Source: an uncultured Erysipelotrichaceae bacterium
GTDB lineage: Bacteria; Bacillota_I; Bacilli_A; Erysipelotrichales; Erysipelotrichaceae
Reading direction: 5' to 3'
NCBI GenBank assembly: GCA_942492995.1
Contig: OW818653.1
Location: forward strand, 960,001 to 992,000
Length of the DNA: 32,000 nt
Position numbers and translations under genes: made by a program. The notes beneath the pieces were generated by a model, which searched no databases, was not told the origin of the DNA, and worked only from the letters and a program-made list of their open reading frames with translations. Position 1 is the first letter of the stretch, and the number at the start of each line of letters is the position of its first letter. This document shows, piece by piece, positions 8,581 through 17,520 of this stretch.

Positions 8581-9111
8581 CTATTTAGTCTTCTTAGGGG
8601 TCACTACCACTGACATGGTACGACCTTCCATCATTGCAGGTTTATCAACACTGGCAAGATCGGAAACTTCTTGGATAAAATCATTCATGATCTTTTGACC
8701 GACTTCAATACGAGTCATCATACGACCCTTGAAACGCATGTCTAGTTTAACTTTCATTCCTTCTTCCAACCATTCACGAGCATGTTTTAATTTTGTTTCA
8801 AAATCATGCTTATCAATAACTGGGGATAAACGAAGTGGTTTAACTTCAGTAACATGTTGATTTTTCTTTGCTTCTTTATTTTTCTTCTGAAGTTCGAAGC
8901 GATACTTCCCATAATCCATAATCTTACAGACTGGTGGATTACCTTGAGGCGCGACACAGAAGAGATCAAGTTCATACTCATAAGCAGCTTCTAGAGCTTC
9001 TCTACGCATCTTAATGCCGAGTTGTTCTCCATTAGGTCCTATGACTAGTACTTCTTTAAAGCGAATGTTTTCATTGACGAGTTCGTCTGTCTTATTCGGA
9101 CGTTTGGTTAT
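8581..9111 (-). CDS. infC: Translation initiation factor IF-3, non-AUG (ATA) start
   Basis: The track ORF starts at the internal ATG at 9009. The frame stays open upstream and encodes the conserved IF3 N-domain ([45 protein letters not shown]...). An in-frame TAA lies immediately 5' of GGA GGT ATT TTT ATA. AAGGAGGT (9125-9118) is 7 nt from ATA (9111-9109) and only 1 nt from ATT (9117-9115). Confidence 0.88.
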   Translation of the reverse strand: MTKRPNKTDELVNENIRFKEVLVIGPNGEQLGIKMRREALEAAYEYELDLFCVAPQGNPPVCKIMDYGKYRFELQKKNKEAKKNQHVTEVKPLRLSPVIDKHDFETKLKHAREWLEEGMKVKLDMRFKGRMMTRIEVGQKIMNDFIQEVSDLASVDKPAMMEGRTMSVVVTPKKTK

Positions 9112-9257
9112 AAAAATACCTCCTTACAAATTAAAAGCGGGCATATTGGTCCCGCTTGTTTGTACTTGGTCTAAGAATAAAACCATTTTGTAGCACGATA
9201 CCCATGACTTAAGCCATCGGGTGAGAAGCAGGAACTTCTTCTTTCCACGTTTATTGC
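9112..9257 (-). promoter_or_regulatory. infC leader, L20-leader-type transcription attenuator
   Basis: A leader of about 145 nt runs from a strong promoter to the infC ribosome-binding site and ends in an intrinsic terminator just before the Shine-Dalgarno sequence. This position and layout match the L20-responsive leader of Bacillota infC-rpmI-rplT operons. I did not fold the rRNA-mimic helices by hand. Confidence 0.6.
9126..9157 (-). terminator. Leader terminator (attenuator) upstream of the infC ribosome-binding site
   Basis: On the minus strand, AAGCGGG-accaatatg-CCCGCTT is followed by TTAATTTG. This is a 7-bp GC-rich stem with its U-rich tail ending at the Shine-Dalgarno sequence. Confidence 0.7.
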
Positions 9258-9263
9258 TTGATA

Positions 9264-9292
9264 AATATAACACAGTTGATTATTGATGTCAA
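9264..9292 (-). promoter_or_regulatory. Sigma-A-type promoter of the infC-rpmI-rplT operon
   Basis: On the minus strand, TTGACA (9292-9287), an exact 17-nt spacer, then TATATT (9269-9264). Confidence 0.75.
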
Positions 9293-9293
9293 A

Positions 9294-9995
9294 TTATTGA
9301 TTCGCATCAATCCACTTCAATGTATCTTCAACTGTAATCGATGAATTGATTAAGGTTTGATCATGAATGAATAATCCATGATTCATATAATACGCTTCAT
9401 CTTCGTATAATATTAACACATTATAGAGTCTGAGAGTTTCAATATCTTTGATTAATCCATCGATATTATAACGATAATCTTGAATATCTTTTATATTGAT
9501 AATTATTACCGTAAGGAATTCTTTTGGTAAATTGGATAGATTAAGATTAATCGGATAAAACTCATTAGGAATCGTTTCAATCTGATCATATTGTTCGAAA
9601 CTATTCTCGAATTGTATAAAAGGATCTTTGAATTTCCATTCGAGATTATCTAAGATATCTAACTTAATATTATCGAGCATGATAATTTTTATTTGAGAAG
9701 GTAAATCCAATCGATTGTTAATCTTATATGATCTAGTAATTTGATTTGAATTCGTAAACTCAATTTCCCATTCATCATAAATATACGTAACACTTTGTGA
9801 ATAACTTTTTACGGGAACTGATGTGATTTGTTCCTTACTTATTACGTGATAATCTCCAAATACGCGGACTAAATCTGTATGATAAAGTTCAATTATGTCT
9901 TTATCAAGTGTATAGGTTAATTCTTCATCTTTCTGACATGCGCTTATAAAAACACATAAGCTAATTAATATTATCCCCAGTACCCATTTTTTCAT
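9294..9995 (-). CDS. Predicted lipoprotein, function unknown
   Basis: Signal peptide with lipobox: MKKWVLGIILISLCVFISAC|QKDE. I recognise no domain in the mature part. Confidence 0.7.
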   Translation of the reverse strand: MKKWVLGIILISLCVFISACQKDEELTYTLDKDIIELYHTDLVRVFGDYHVISKEQITSVPVKSYSQSVTYIYDEWEIEFTNSNQITRSYKINNRLDLPSQIKIIMLDNIKLDILDNLEWKFKDPFIQFENSFEQYDQIETIPNEFYPINLNLSNLPKEFLTVIIINIKDIQDYRYNIDGLIKDIETLRLYNVLILYEDEAYYMNHGLFIHDQTLINSSITVEDTLKWIDANQ

Positions 9996-10045
9996 ATGTT
10001 TATTTTACCAATATTATAGGATACATTCATCATTTTTAATGAATA

Positions 10046-10054
10046 TGCTATAAT
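10046..10054 (+). promoter_or_regulatory. Extended -10 promoter element (TGcTATAAT) for proS
   Basis: Exact TGnTATAAT match 24 nt upstream of the ATG at 10078. Confidence 0.5.
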
Positions 10055-10077
10055 GCTAATTATTATTGAGGTATGTT

Positions 10078-11775
10078 ATGAAACTAAAAACGAGTTATTT
10101 CTTTACACTTAGAGAAAATGTAAAGGATGAAGATTCCACAAGTGGTAATTTATTAGTCAGAAGTGGAATGATTAAGAAGAATTCTTCAGGTATCTATATG
10201 TATTTACCTTTAGGATATCGAGTATTAAAAAAGATTGAACAAGTTATTCGCGAAGAAATGGATAATACAGGTGCTCAAGAAGTCTTAATGCCTGCCCTTA
10301 TTCCCGAAGAAGTTTATGAACAATCAGGTCGTAGAGCACTTATTGGTTCAAGTATGTTTTCATTAAAGGATCGTTTTGATAAACCTTTTGTCTTAGGTCC
10401 AACACATGAAGAATTATTCTTGATGGCTGCACAAAGTAAAGTTAAATCATATAAAGATTTACCTTTTAACATTTATCAATTCCAAACGAAGTTTAGAGAT
10501 GAACCTCGTCCACGTTTTGGATTGATTCGTGTACGTGAATTCATTATGAAAGATGCGTATTCGTTTGATACTGATTTAGATGGATTGGAAATCTCATATC
10601 GTAAGATGGATAAAGCATATCGCAATTCATTTGATCGTATGGGCTTGAACTATAAAGTAGTTACAGCTGATACGGGTGTTATGGGTGGATTATTGTCTGA
10701 AGAGTTCCAAGCTGTGACAGATATTGGGGAAGATACACTTGTCTTATGTGATAGCTGTGATTTCTCAAGTAACATTGAAGTTGCGCCTTGTGTAAGTGAA
10801 ATTGTTGAGTTAGAACCTTTACTTGAAGTGTCTGAACTTTATACACCGAATGTTGGAAAGATTAAAGATTTAGTCGATAATTATCATATTTCAATTGATA
10901 AGATGACGAAGTCAATGATCTATAAGATTGATAATCAATTTGTACTAATAATGGTACGAAGTGATGATGAGATTAATGAAGTTAAACTACAAAAGTTATT
11001 CAATGCACAGAGTGTTGCGTTGGCTGAAAATGATGATGTAGTACGTTTAACCAATGCGAAAGTAGGCTTTGCGGGTCCAGTTGGAACACAATTACCTATT
11101 ATTGCGGATAATCGTATTAAATCAATGTCTAACTTCTTGGTTGGTGCAAATAAAACAGATTATCATTTAACGAATGTTAATGTGAATCGTGACTTTACTG
11201 TTAAACAATTTGCGGATATTCGTAATATTCGTGAGGGTGATGTTTGTCCTAAGTGTAATGAAGGACATATTCATTTCTCTAAAGGGATTGAAATTGGTAA
11301 CATCTTTAAATTAGGTGATAAATACGCTAAGGCATTGGGACTTAATTTCCTTGATCAAAACAATCAATTGAATCCAGTTATCATGGGTTCTTACGGTATT
11401 GGGCCTGGACGTTGTATGGCTGCGATTGTCGAACAAAATCATGATGATTATGGAATTATATGGCCAAAAGAAATTGCGCCTTACAGTGTCGCTATTGTGA
11501 TTATAAATACTAAGGTTGAAGCACAAAGTACACTTGCGGAAGAGCTCTATCTAGGATTAAAACAAGCTAAGGTTGATGTCTTATTAGATGATCGTGATGA
11601 AAGACCTGGTGTTAAATTCAATGATATGGATTTAATTGGTGTTCCTGTACGTATAACAGTTGGTAAAACAATTGAACAAGGACAAGTTGAAATTAAGTTC
11701 AGAAACCAAAAAGAAGTTCAATTAGTTGATATTAATAATGTGTTTGAATTTGTTAAAGAGTATTTAAGTAAGTAA
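10078..11775 (+). CDS. proS: Proline--tRNA ligase (bacterial type with editing insertion)
   Basis: MKLKTSYFFTLRENVKDEDSTSGNLLVRSGMIKK is the canonical ProRS N-terminus. Class II motifs are present (FRDEPRPRFGLIRVREF, GSYGIG). I moved the start to the ATG at 10078, with GAGGT 5 nt upstream, in place of the TTG at 10066. Confidence 0.95.
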   Translation: MKLKTSYFFTLRENVKDEDSTSGNLLVRSGMIKKNSSGIYMYLPLGYRVLKKIEQVIREEMDNTGAQEVLMPALIPEEVYEQSGRRALIGSSMFSLKDRFDKPFVLGPTHEELFLMAAQSKVKSYKDLPFNIYQFQTKFRDEPRPRFGLIRVREFIMKDAYSFDTDLDGLEISYRKMDKAYRNSFDRMGLNYKVVTADTGVMGGLLSEEFQAVTDIGEDTLVLCDSCDFSSNIEVAPCVSEIVELEPLLEVSELYTPNVGKIKDLVDNYHISIDKMTKSMIYKIDNQFVLIMVRSDDEINEVKLQKLFNAQSVALAENDDVVRLTNAKVGFAGPVGTQLPIIADNRIKSMSNFLVGANKTDYHLTNVNVNRDFTVKQFADIRNIREGDVCPKCNEGHIHFSKGIEIGNIFKLGDKYAKALGLNFLDQNNQLNPVIMGSYGIGPGRCMAAIVEQNHDDYGIIWPKEIAPYSVAIVIINTKVEAQSTLAEELYLGLKQAKVDVLLDDRDERPGVKFNDMDLIGVPVRITVGKTIEQGQVEIKFRNQKEVQLVDINNVFEFVKEYLSK

Positions 11776-11777
11776 TT

Positions 11778-11805
11778 AGCTAACTCAATGAGTTAGCTTT
11801 TTTTA
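11778..11805 (+). terminator. Intrinsic terminator of proS
   Basis: agctaactc-aat-gagttagct forms a 9-bp perfect stem, followed by ttttttt. Confidence 0.85.
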
Positions 11806-11834
11806 TTAAAAAACACATTCATAACGAATGTGTT
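11805..11834 (-). terminator. Intrinsic terminator at the end of the long minus-strand operon
   Basis: On the minus strand, AACACATTC-gttat-GAATGTGTT (9 bp) is followed by TTTTAATAAAA. It starts 7 nt after the stop at 11841. Confidence 0.65.
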
Positions 11835-11840
11835 CATATT

Positions 11841-13028
11841 TTATCCAAAGTTTAACATTAACCAAGCAGGTTTTAAGATCATCAAGATACCAAGTAGAAT
11901 CATTAATATCCCACCAATTAAATGTGCGTTACGTGCATATTTCGTAGAGATACCGGTAAGTTCAGCAGTTTTCATCGCAATCACAAACACAATAACATCA
12001 TCAAGCATAAACATCGCTAAGTATAACAATAAATACATAATGTGTTGCGTACTGCTTAAATCGTTTAAGGTTAATATTTGTGTAAATAATACTGGTAATC
12101 CAGCGGAACAAATTAATTCGACTAAGTTAACTGAAACCGCAAGTACCACAATCCCAACTGCCGCAAGTGCAAATACAGGTTGCGAGTAGATGGCTTTTAA
12201 ACGATCTCTAATTTTTAATCGTTTGGATTCATCGACAATCTCACATCCTGGTTCCATTTGGGTATAACGACGAATATTAAATATTCCCCCACCAATACTC
12301 AAACCACCAATTAACCATCGGATATATACTAATGTGCCGAATAGAATGGTTATATTTAACCAACTCAACATAAAGAAGAAATACATGATTGCGGTTGTTA
12401 GTAGGAATAATCCCCCTAAGAACCATTTTTTCCATTGTTCTTCAAGATGGAATAACATACTGATTAAGAGGAGTAATACCCACATTGCACATGGATTAAA
12501 TCCATCTAATCCACCTAATACAATTGCTAATAACGGTAACGATACACTCTTCGCATCAACTTCCCCAAAGAATGGTAAATTAACTTTAGATTCTTCGTTA
12601 ATTATATCTACGCCTTGTCCAGGTTCTACAATACCTAACATCTCACCTACGACATCACGAACGTTGTTATCTCTTACAAAAGTGATTGCTTCTTCGATGG
12701 TCTTTTCAGTTGAACCTTCTTTAAATCCAACAATTACTTCTCGACCAATTATTAAGGTTGGAGTTGAATTTATCGGTTGGTTTAAGAGTTCACCAACATC
12801 TTTACTTAACTTTTGATTTTCTTTATCAAACGCGATTTCATACTTATGTAGTACGAGATTCGTATCCTTTGAAGTAAGTTCTTCAAGATATGTTGTTTCA
12901 AGTGCACATGTTGAACACCCTTCCGCATGGAAGTAATATAAGTTAACTTGTTTATCACTGGCTGACACATTAGTAAACCCAAAGATTACTAAGAGTAAGC
13001 TGAATATAATCGTAAATTTAAATCGCAT
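11841..13028 (-). CDS. Exported thioredoxin/glutaredoxin-fold domain fused to a DsbD/CcdA-like polytopic membrane domain
   Basis: 395 aa. A signal peptide (MRFKFTIIFSLLLVIFGFTNVSA) is followed by a CxxC domain (FHAEGCSTCALE). About 6 TM helices follow, with intramembrane Cys motifs FNPCAMW and LICSAGLP plus a loop EPGCE. The family assignment is by architecture only. Confidence 0.55.
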   Translation of the reverse strand: MRFKFTIIFSLLLVIFGFTNVSASDKQVNLYYFHAEGCSTCALETTYLEELTSKDTNLVLHKYEIAFDKENQKLSKDVGELLNQPINSTPTLIIGREVIVGFKEGSTEKTIEEAITFVRDNNVRDVVGEMLGIVEPGQGVDIINEESKVNLPFFGEVDAKSVSLPLLAIVLGGLDGFNPCAMWVLLLLISMLFHLEEQWKKWFLGGLFLLTTAIMYFFFMLSWLNITILFGTLVYIRWLIGGLSIGGGIFNIRRYTQMEPGCEIVDESKRLKIRDRLKAIYSQPVFALAAVGIVVLAVSVNLVELICSAGLPVLFTQILTLNDLSSTQHIMYLLLYLAMFMLDDVIVFVIAMKTAELTGISTKYARNAHLIGGILMILLGILMILKPAWLMLNFG

Positions 13029-13278
13029 TACGAATTTCCTTTTCTAATTCATCCACAGTTTTTTCACCGACAAATCGTTTTATTAGCGTTTCATCTTGAT
13101 ACATGAAATACACTGGTAGGATTTTACCTATTTCTAAACCTTCACACTTTTCTGACTCAAAATCTAAATCAATAAATTCAAACTGAATATCATGTGTTTT
13201 CTGAAATTCTTTAATACGTTTCTTCATCAATAAACACGCATGACACCAAGCTGCACTAACTACCTTAATTTTCATCAT
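13018..13278 (-). CDS. Small cytoplasmic thioredoxin-like protein (WCHAC active site)
   Basis: 86 aa, no signal peptide. The CxxC motif lies in VSAAWCHACLLMKK, and a cis-Pro-like region is ILPVYF. It overlaps the upstream gene by 14 nt and the downstream gene by 11 nt. Confidence 0.7.
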   Translation of the reverse strand: MMKIKVVSAAWCHACLLMKKRIKEFQKTHDIQFEFIDLDFESEKCEGLEIGKILPVYFMYQDETLIKRFVGEKTVDELEKEIRNAI

Positions 13279-14374
13279 TAATCCTTTCTATCGCATCGAC
13301 TAAGATATCGATCTCTGCTTTAGTACTAAGATGAGATAAACTGATACGATACGAGCTTTTAGCTCTTTCACTATCGTTTGTGATCGCATAAACAGACTCT
13401 GAGAATTCTTCTTGCCCACTACATGCACTTTTTGAACTTAGATAGATTCCTTTATCCGAGAAGTAAGTTAATAACTCATCTGGTTTAGTATTTAGTATAC
13501 TAATATTTACGATAAAAGGGATACAATAATGACTTGAATTTATCACAACATTATTAATGTTTGTTAGCTTATGGACTAAATAATCTTTGAGTTCACATAC
13601 ATATGCATCACGAAAGTTGAATGTTTGATACGCAATTTCAATTGCTTTAGCTAAAGCACATATAAGTGCTGTTTGCGGTGTACTTGAACGATATGGAGTA
13701 ATACTATGCCCACCATGTAAAAGAGGGATTAAACCAGCATGTTCTTTCTTGATAAGTCCTGCAATTCCTTTTGGTCCATAGATTTTATGGGCTGAGAATG
13801 ATGCATAGTCTATCGTACTTAAATCAAACTTCGTTTTACCTAAAGCTTGTGTAATATCGCTATGGAAAAGTACATTGAGTTTATGACAAAGTTGCCCAAT
13901 CATTTCAATGGGTTGTCTTATCCCTGTTTCACTATCGACAGCGATTAAGGATACAAGCAATGTGTCTGGTCGAATTAACTGTTCTAGATGATGTAAATCA
14001 AATTGACCATGTTCATCTAATTTCACAAAGTCTACTTCATAGTTTTGACTTTCAAGATATGATACTGCTCCTATTAATGAGGCATGTTCAATCATTGAAG
14101 TAATGATATGTTTTTTGGTTGGATATTTTAATGCACATCCCTTAATTACAGTATTGTTTGATTCAACAGCCGAAGAAGTAATTATCAATTCACTTGGTTT
14201 AATTCCTAAATAATCCGTCATTTGTTTAATTTTTTCATCGATTATTTTCTGTGATGATAAACCTAATGCATGACTTGAATTCGCATTCGCAAAAAACTCG
14301 CGTTCATAAAACGCGTATGTTTCAAGTACTTCAGGATGAATCGGTGTTGTGGCACTGTAATCAAAGTAAACCAT
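13265..14374 (-). CDS. Cysteine desulfurase (class V aminotransferase, NifS/IscS-like)
   Basis: MVYFDYSATTPIHPEV N-terminus. The PLP-lysine motif is SFSAHKIYGPKG and the catalytic Cys loop is SSKSACSG. Confidence 0.88.
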   Translation of the reverse strand: MVYFDYSATTPIHPEVLETYAFYEREFFANANSSHALGLSSQKIIDEKIKQMTDYLGIKPSELIITSSAVESNNTVIKGCALKYPTKKHIITSMIEHASLIGAVSYLESQNYEVDFVKLDEHGQFDLHHLEQLIRPDTLLVSLIAVDSETGIRQPIEMIGQLCHKLNVLFHSDITQALGKTKFDLSTIDYASFSAHKIYGPKGIAGLIKKEHAGLIPLLHGGHSITPYRSSTPQTALICALAKAIEIAYQTFNFRDAYVCELKDYLVHKLTNINNVVINSSHYCIPFIVNISILNTKPDELLTYFSDKGIYLSSKSACSGQEEFSESVYAITNDSERAKSSYRISLSHLSTKAEIDILVDAIERINDEN

Positions 14375-14381
14375 AAGATCT

Positions 14382-14705
14382 CTATTTTTCTAACAGAACA
14401 GCTGTTCCGCTAACTGTAACCATAAGCATGTTATTCGCTTGGCCAAGTACTTCATAATCAATATCTACACCAACGACCGCATTAGCGCCTAATGCGACAG
14501 CTCTTGATTGCATTTCTCTTAGTGCAGTTTCGCGTGCTTCGATCAGTTCACTTTCATATGAACCTGAACGTCCACCGAATATATTGGTTAATCCTGCCGC
14601 AAAATCTTTCACAAAATCGACACCAGAAATAACTTCACCAACGACGATACCTTTGTATTCTAGAATCTTTTTACCTTCAATGTTTGGGGTTGTGCTGAGT
14701 ATCAT
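14382..14705 (-). CDS. YbjQ/UPF0145 family protein
   Basis: [28 protein letters not shown]...[13 protein letters not shown] is the typical YbjQ signature. I placed the start at the ATG at 14703-14705, preceded by GAAAGGAAAG. The track ORF extends to 14753 inside hflX. Confidence 0.85.
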   Translation of the reverse strand: MILSTTPNIEGKKILEYKGIVVGEVISGVDFVKDFAAGLTNIFGGRSGSYESELIEARETALREMQSRAVALGANAVVGVDIDYEVLGQANNMLMVTVSGTAVLLEK

Positions 14706-15924
14706 ATGCTTTCCTTTCATAGCTCTTAAGTTGTTTATTGAGCTCTTTGACATAACTTAATTGTATGCGATAGCCTTCATCTTCTTCATAGATTGATTGT
14801 ATCGTATACATTTTCTTTACATGTTCTAATACATTTACATCTTCAAACGGAATTAAGAGTTCAGTAACAGGACGTATTGTATGAATCATTTTCTTTATTT
14901 CATTTAGCATCTCATCCATATTAATTGAATAATACGCACTGATACATAATCCATCTTGTTCCTTTAAGTCCATTTTATTCTTTATTTCTATTCTTGGGGT
15001 AGATTCGCACTCTAACTCTTTTAATGTGTTGAGTGTTACTTCTTTCTCAAGTTGTATGTTCTCACTTGATCCATCTAATACATGTAAGATAAGATCTGCT
15101 TCCTTAACAAGTTCTAAGGTTGATCGAAATGCCTTTACGAGATGATGTGGTAAGCGTGACACAAATCCAACGGTATCAACTAATACGATAGGATAACCAT
15201 CAATTGAGATTAAGCGTGAACTTGGTTCTAAGCTCTCAAATAAACGATCATGTGCACTGACCATCTTATCAGGTGTTGAATAATGATCCATAAACCAATT
15301 TAGTATCGTACTCTTCCCTGCATTAGTATATCCAACTAATGCGATCGTAAGCGTTTCATTCTTCTTACGTCGATTGCGTTGAACAAGACGTTGTTTCTCA
15401 ATGATTTGTAGTTCTGTTTCAGCTCGTTGGAGTTGACGCATCATGGTTCTTTGACGTAATGCTAATGCTTGTTCACCTGCACCTTTATTCTTTACTCCAC
15501 CACCCTGTTCACGACCTGCAGAATGATGATTTAAGCGGACACGTGGTAATAGATAATTTAAACGCGCTACTTCAACCTGTAATTTTGATTCTTTTTGTTT
15601 AGCTCGTTTTTCAAATATTTCGAGTATAAGTTGTGTTCGATCGATGACATTCGTATCTAAGTATTCGGATAAATTTCGATATTGAGACGGACTCAAGGCG
15701 TCGTTACAAACAACTCCATCTGCTTCAAGGTTAATTAGAGCAGCTTTTACTTCATCAAGTTTACCTTTTCTTAAGTAAGATGGTTGATTGTTAAGAGTTG
15801 CTTGTTCAAGACGAAAAACCATTTCTAAATCAGAAGCTTGCATTAAACGAGCCGTTTCTTGCATAGAAGCTTCGAAATCAAGATCTTTTCGCTCTTTTAT
15901 ACCGATGAGAATATATTTATTCAA
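14677..15924 (-). CDS. hflX: GTPase HflX
   Basis: 415 aa. The HflX N-domain is followed by G1 (GYTNAGKST), G3 (DTVGF) and G4 (NKMD) motifs. Confidence 0.92.
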   Translation of the reverse strand: MNKYILIGIKERKDLDFEASMQETARLMQASDLEMVFRLEQATLNNQPSYLRKGKLDEVKAALINLEADGVVCNDALSPSQYRNLSEYLDTNVIDRTQLILEIFEKRAKQKESKLQVEVARLNYLLPRVRLNHHSAGREQGGGVKNKGAGEQALALRQRTMMRQLQRAETELQIIEKQRLVQRNRRKKNETLTIALVGYTNAGKSTILNWFMDHYSTPDKMVSAHDRLFESLEPSSRLISIDGYPIVLVDTVGFVSRLPHHLVKAFRSTLELVKEADLILHVLDGSSENIQLEKEVTLNTLKELECESTPRIEIKNKMDLKEQDGLCISAYYSINMDEMLNEIKKMIHTIRPVTELLIPFEDVNVLEHVKKMYTIQSIYEEDEGYRIQLSYVKELNKQLKSYERKAYDTQHNPKH

Positions 15925-16795
15925 TGACTTTCCACTCCAGTTCTAAATCAACATCATATTTCTCTTTTACACTTGTCATGCAAAGTTCGATTAAATCAAA
16001 GACATCTTTAGTGGTCGCATGATTAACATTGACAATAAATCCAGGATGTTTAAAGGACAATTCAGCTCCACCGACACGTTTACCTCTTAGTCCACATGCC
16101 TCGAATAATTTCCATACAAAGAGTGTTTCACCATCTTTTACTGGACGTTTAAATACAGAACCAGCATTTGGATAATTACGTGGTTGTTTACGATAACGTT
16201 CACGTTTATAGTTTAGTACTTTTTCTAAATTCTCTAGATCATCTCCACCTTGGTTTTTTAGACCACAAGCTACGACGAATTCAGTTGGTTTAAATGCCGC
16301 ATTACGATATGAAAAGAATGATTCATTCGGAATAATTCGCTTAATCGCATCGAGTTCAGTATCATAGACATCGATCCAATTTACATATTGTCCAATGGTA
16401 TATTGGTATTGACCTGCATTCATAATAAGTGCACCACCAACAGTTCCAGGAATATCTTCCGCAAATGCATACCCATCAATCGAATGTTCAATCGCAAACC
16501 ATGCGAGTTGGGATAAACTCACGCCGGCATCACAATAAATCTCATCATTTTCGATATGGATTTCATCCATTAATGTCGTAATAATAAATGCATTATCTTC
16601 TGGATATACATCTTTCTTTAGTAAGATATTACTTCCTTTACCGATAAGGATACGTCTATGTGTTTTAGTCTCAGATAGTACTTCAATTAATCCGTTTTTA
16701 TTCAACGGAAAATAAACACATTTTGCGAGTGATTCTAATTGAAGCGTATTGTATTTTTTTAAAGGAACATCGTTTAACTTTAAATAGTTTTGCAT
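15917..16795 (-). CDS. murB: UDP-N-acetylenolpyruvoylglucosamine reductase
   Basis: 292 aa. The FAD-binding region is IGKGSNILL, and GAELSFKHPGFIVN is typical of type II MurB. It overlaps hflX by 8 nt. Confidence 0.92.
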   Translation of the reverse strand: MQNYLKLNDVPLKKYNTLQLESLAKCVYFPLNKNGLIEVLSETKTHRRILIGKGSNILLKKDVYPEDNAFIITTLMDEIHIENDEIYCDAGVSLSQLAWFAIEHSIDGYAFAEDIPGTVGGALIMNAGQYQYTIGQYVNWIDVYDTELDAIKRIIPNESFFSYRNAAFKPTEFVVACGLKNQGGDDLENLEKVLNYKRERYRKQPRNYPNAGSVFKRPVKDGETLFVWKLFEACGLRGKRVGGAELSFKHPGFIVNVNHATTKDVFDLIELCMTSVKEKYDVDLELEWKVIE

Positions 16796-16797
16796 AG

Positions 16798-17517
16798 TTA
16801 TTTTATTCTAATGTATTTATGCGTAATATTCGGATTTGATGTTTTACGTGATTGAATTTCAAATTGTTTTAATGATGAAACCAACGGTGTTAATTTTTGA
16901 AAACCATAGTTACGTGTATCAAAATCTGGATTACGTTTACTTAAGATACTACCAACTTCTCCAAGGAATGCCCAACCATCATCATCTGAATTTTCATTAA
17001 TAATAACTTTAAGTGTATCAATTAATGCTTGTGCATTCATCTTCTCACTATTACCATTTTTCAATGGTACAGGTTCTGCAGCTTGTAAAAGCACTTCTAA
17101 ATATTTAAACTTCTCACATGCGGAAATGAATGGTACTGGTGTTTTCTTTTCACCCATTCCAAGAACATATTTACCAGCTTCTCTTAAACGTGATGCTAAA
17201 CGTGTAAAATCACTATCGGATGAAACAATACAGAAACCATCTACTTGACCTGAATATAAAATATCCATCGCATCGATTATTAATGCCGCATCTGTCGCAT
17301 TCTTACCGATTGTATACGCATATTGTTGGATTGGTGAAATGGAATAATTCAAAAGAACACTCTTCCATTGTGAGAATTGGGTTTTTGTCCAATCTCCATA
17401 GATTCGTTTATAAGTTGCGGTGCCATGATTATTGACTTCATCAAAAATTACTTTTACATACTTATCAGAGACATTATCCGCATCAATTAATACAGCTATT
17501 TTTAAATCTTTCTCCAT
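16798..17517 (-). CDS. NYN-domain (LabA-like) protein with C-terminal OST-HTH/LOTUS domain
   Basis: KIAVLIDADNVSDKY...RIYGDW...CIVSSDSDFTRLASRLRE is the NYN nuclease-fold signature. The C-terminal WAFLGEVGSILSKRNPDFDTRNYGFQKL resembles OST-HTH. Confidence 0.8.
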   Translation of the reverse strand: MEKDLKIAVLIDADNVSDKYVKVIFDEVNNHGTATYKRIYGDWTKTQFSQWKSVLLNYSISPIQQYAYTIGKNATDAALIIDAMDILYSGQVDGFCIVSSDSDFTRLASRLREAGKYVLGMGEKKTPVPFISACEKFKYLEVLLQAAEPVPLKNGNSEKMNAQALIDTLKVIINENSDDDGWAFLGEVGSILSKRNPDFDTRNYGFQKLTPLVSSLKQFEIQSRKTSNPNITHKYIRIK

Positions 17518-17520
17518 AAA

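Noticed and set aside
8581-9009. The track ORF start (ATG at 9009) for infC.
   Set aside because: It would remove the conserved IF3 N-terminal domain. That domain is encoded in frame upstream, behind a strong Shine-Dalgarno sequence, so a non-AUG start is preferred.
9996-10077. Possible T-box leader upstream of proS.
   Set aside because: Only 82 nt separate the divergent genes, and the TGcTATAAT box is 24 nt from the ATG. No specifier or T-box sequence can fit.
11830-12816. Plus-strand ORFs at 11830-12189 (119 aa) and 12334-12816 (160 aa).
   Set aside because: They are antisense to the Trx/DsbD-like membrane gene. Their compositionally biased translations have no motifs or ribosome-binding sites.
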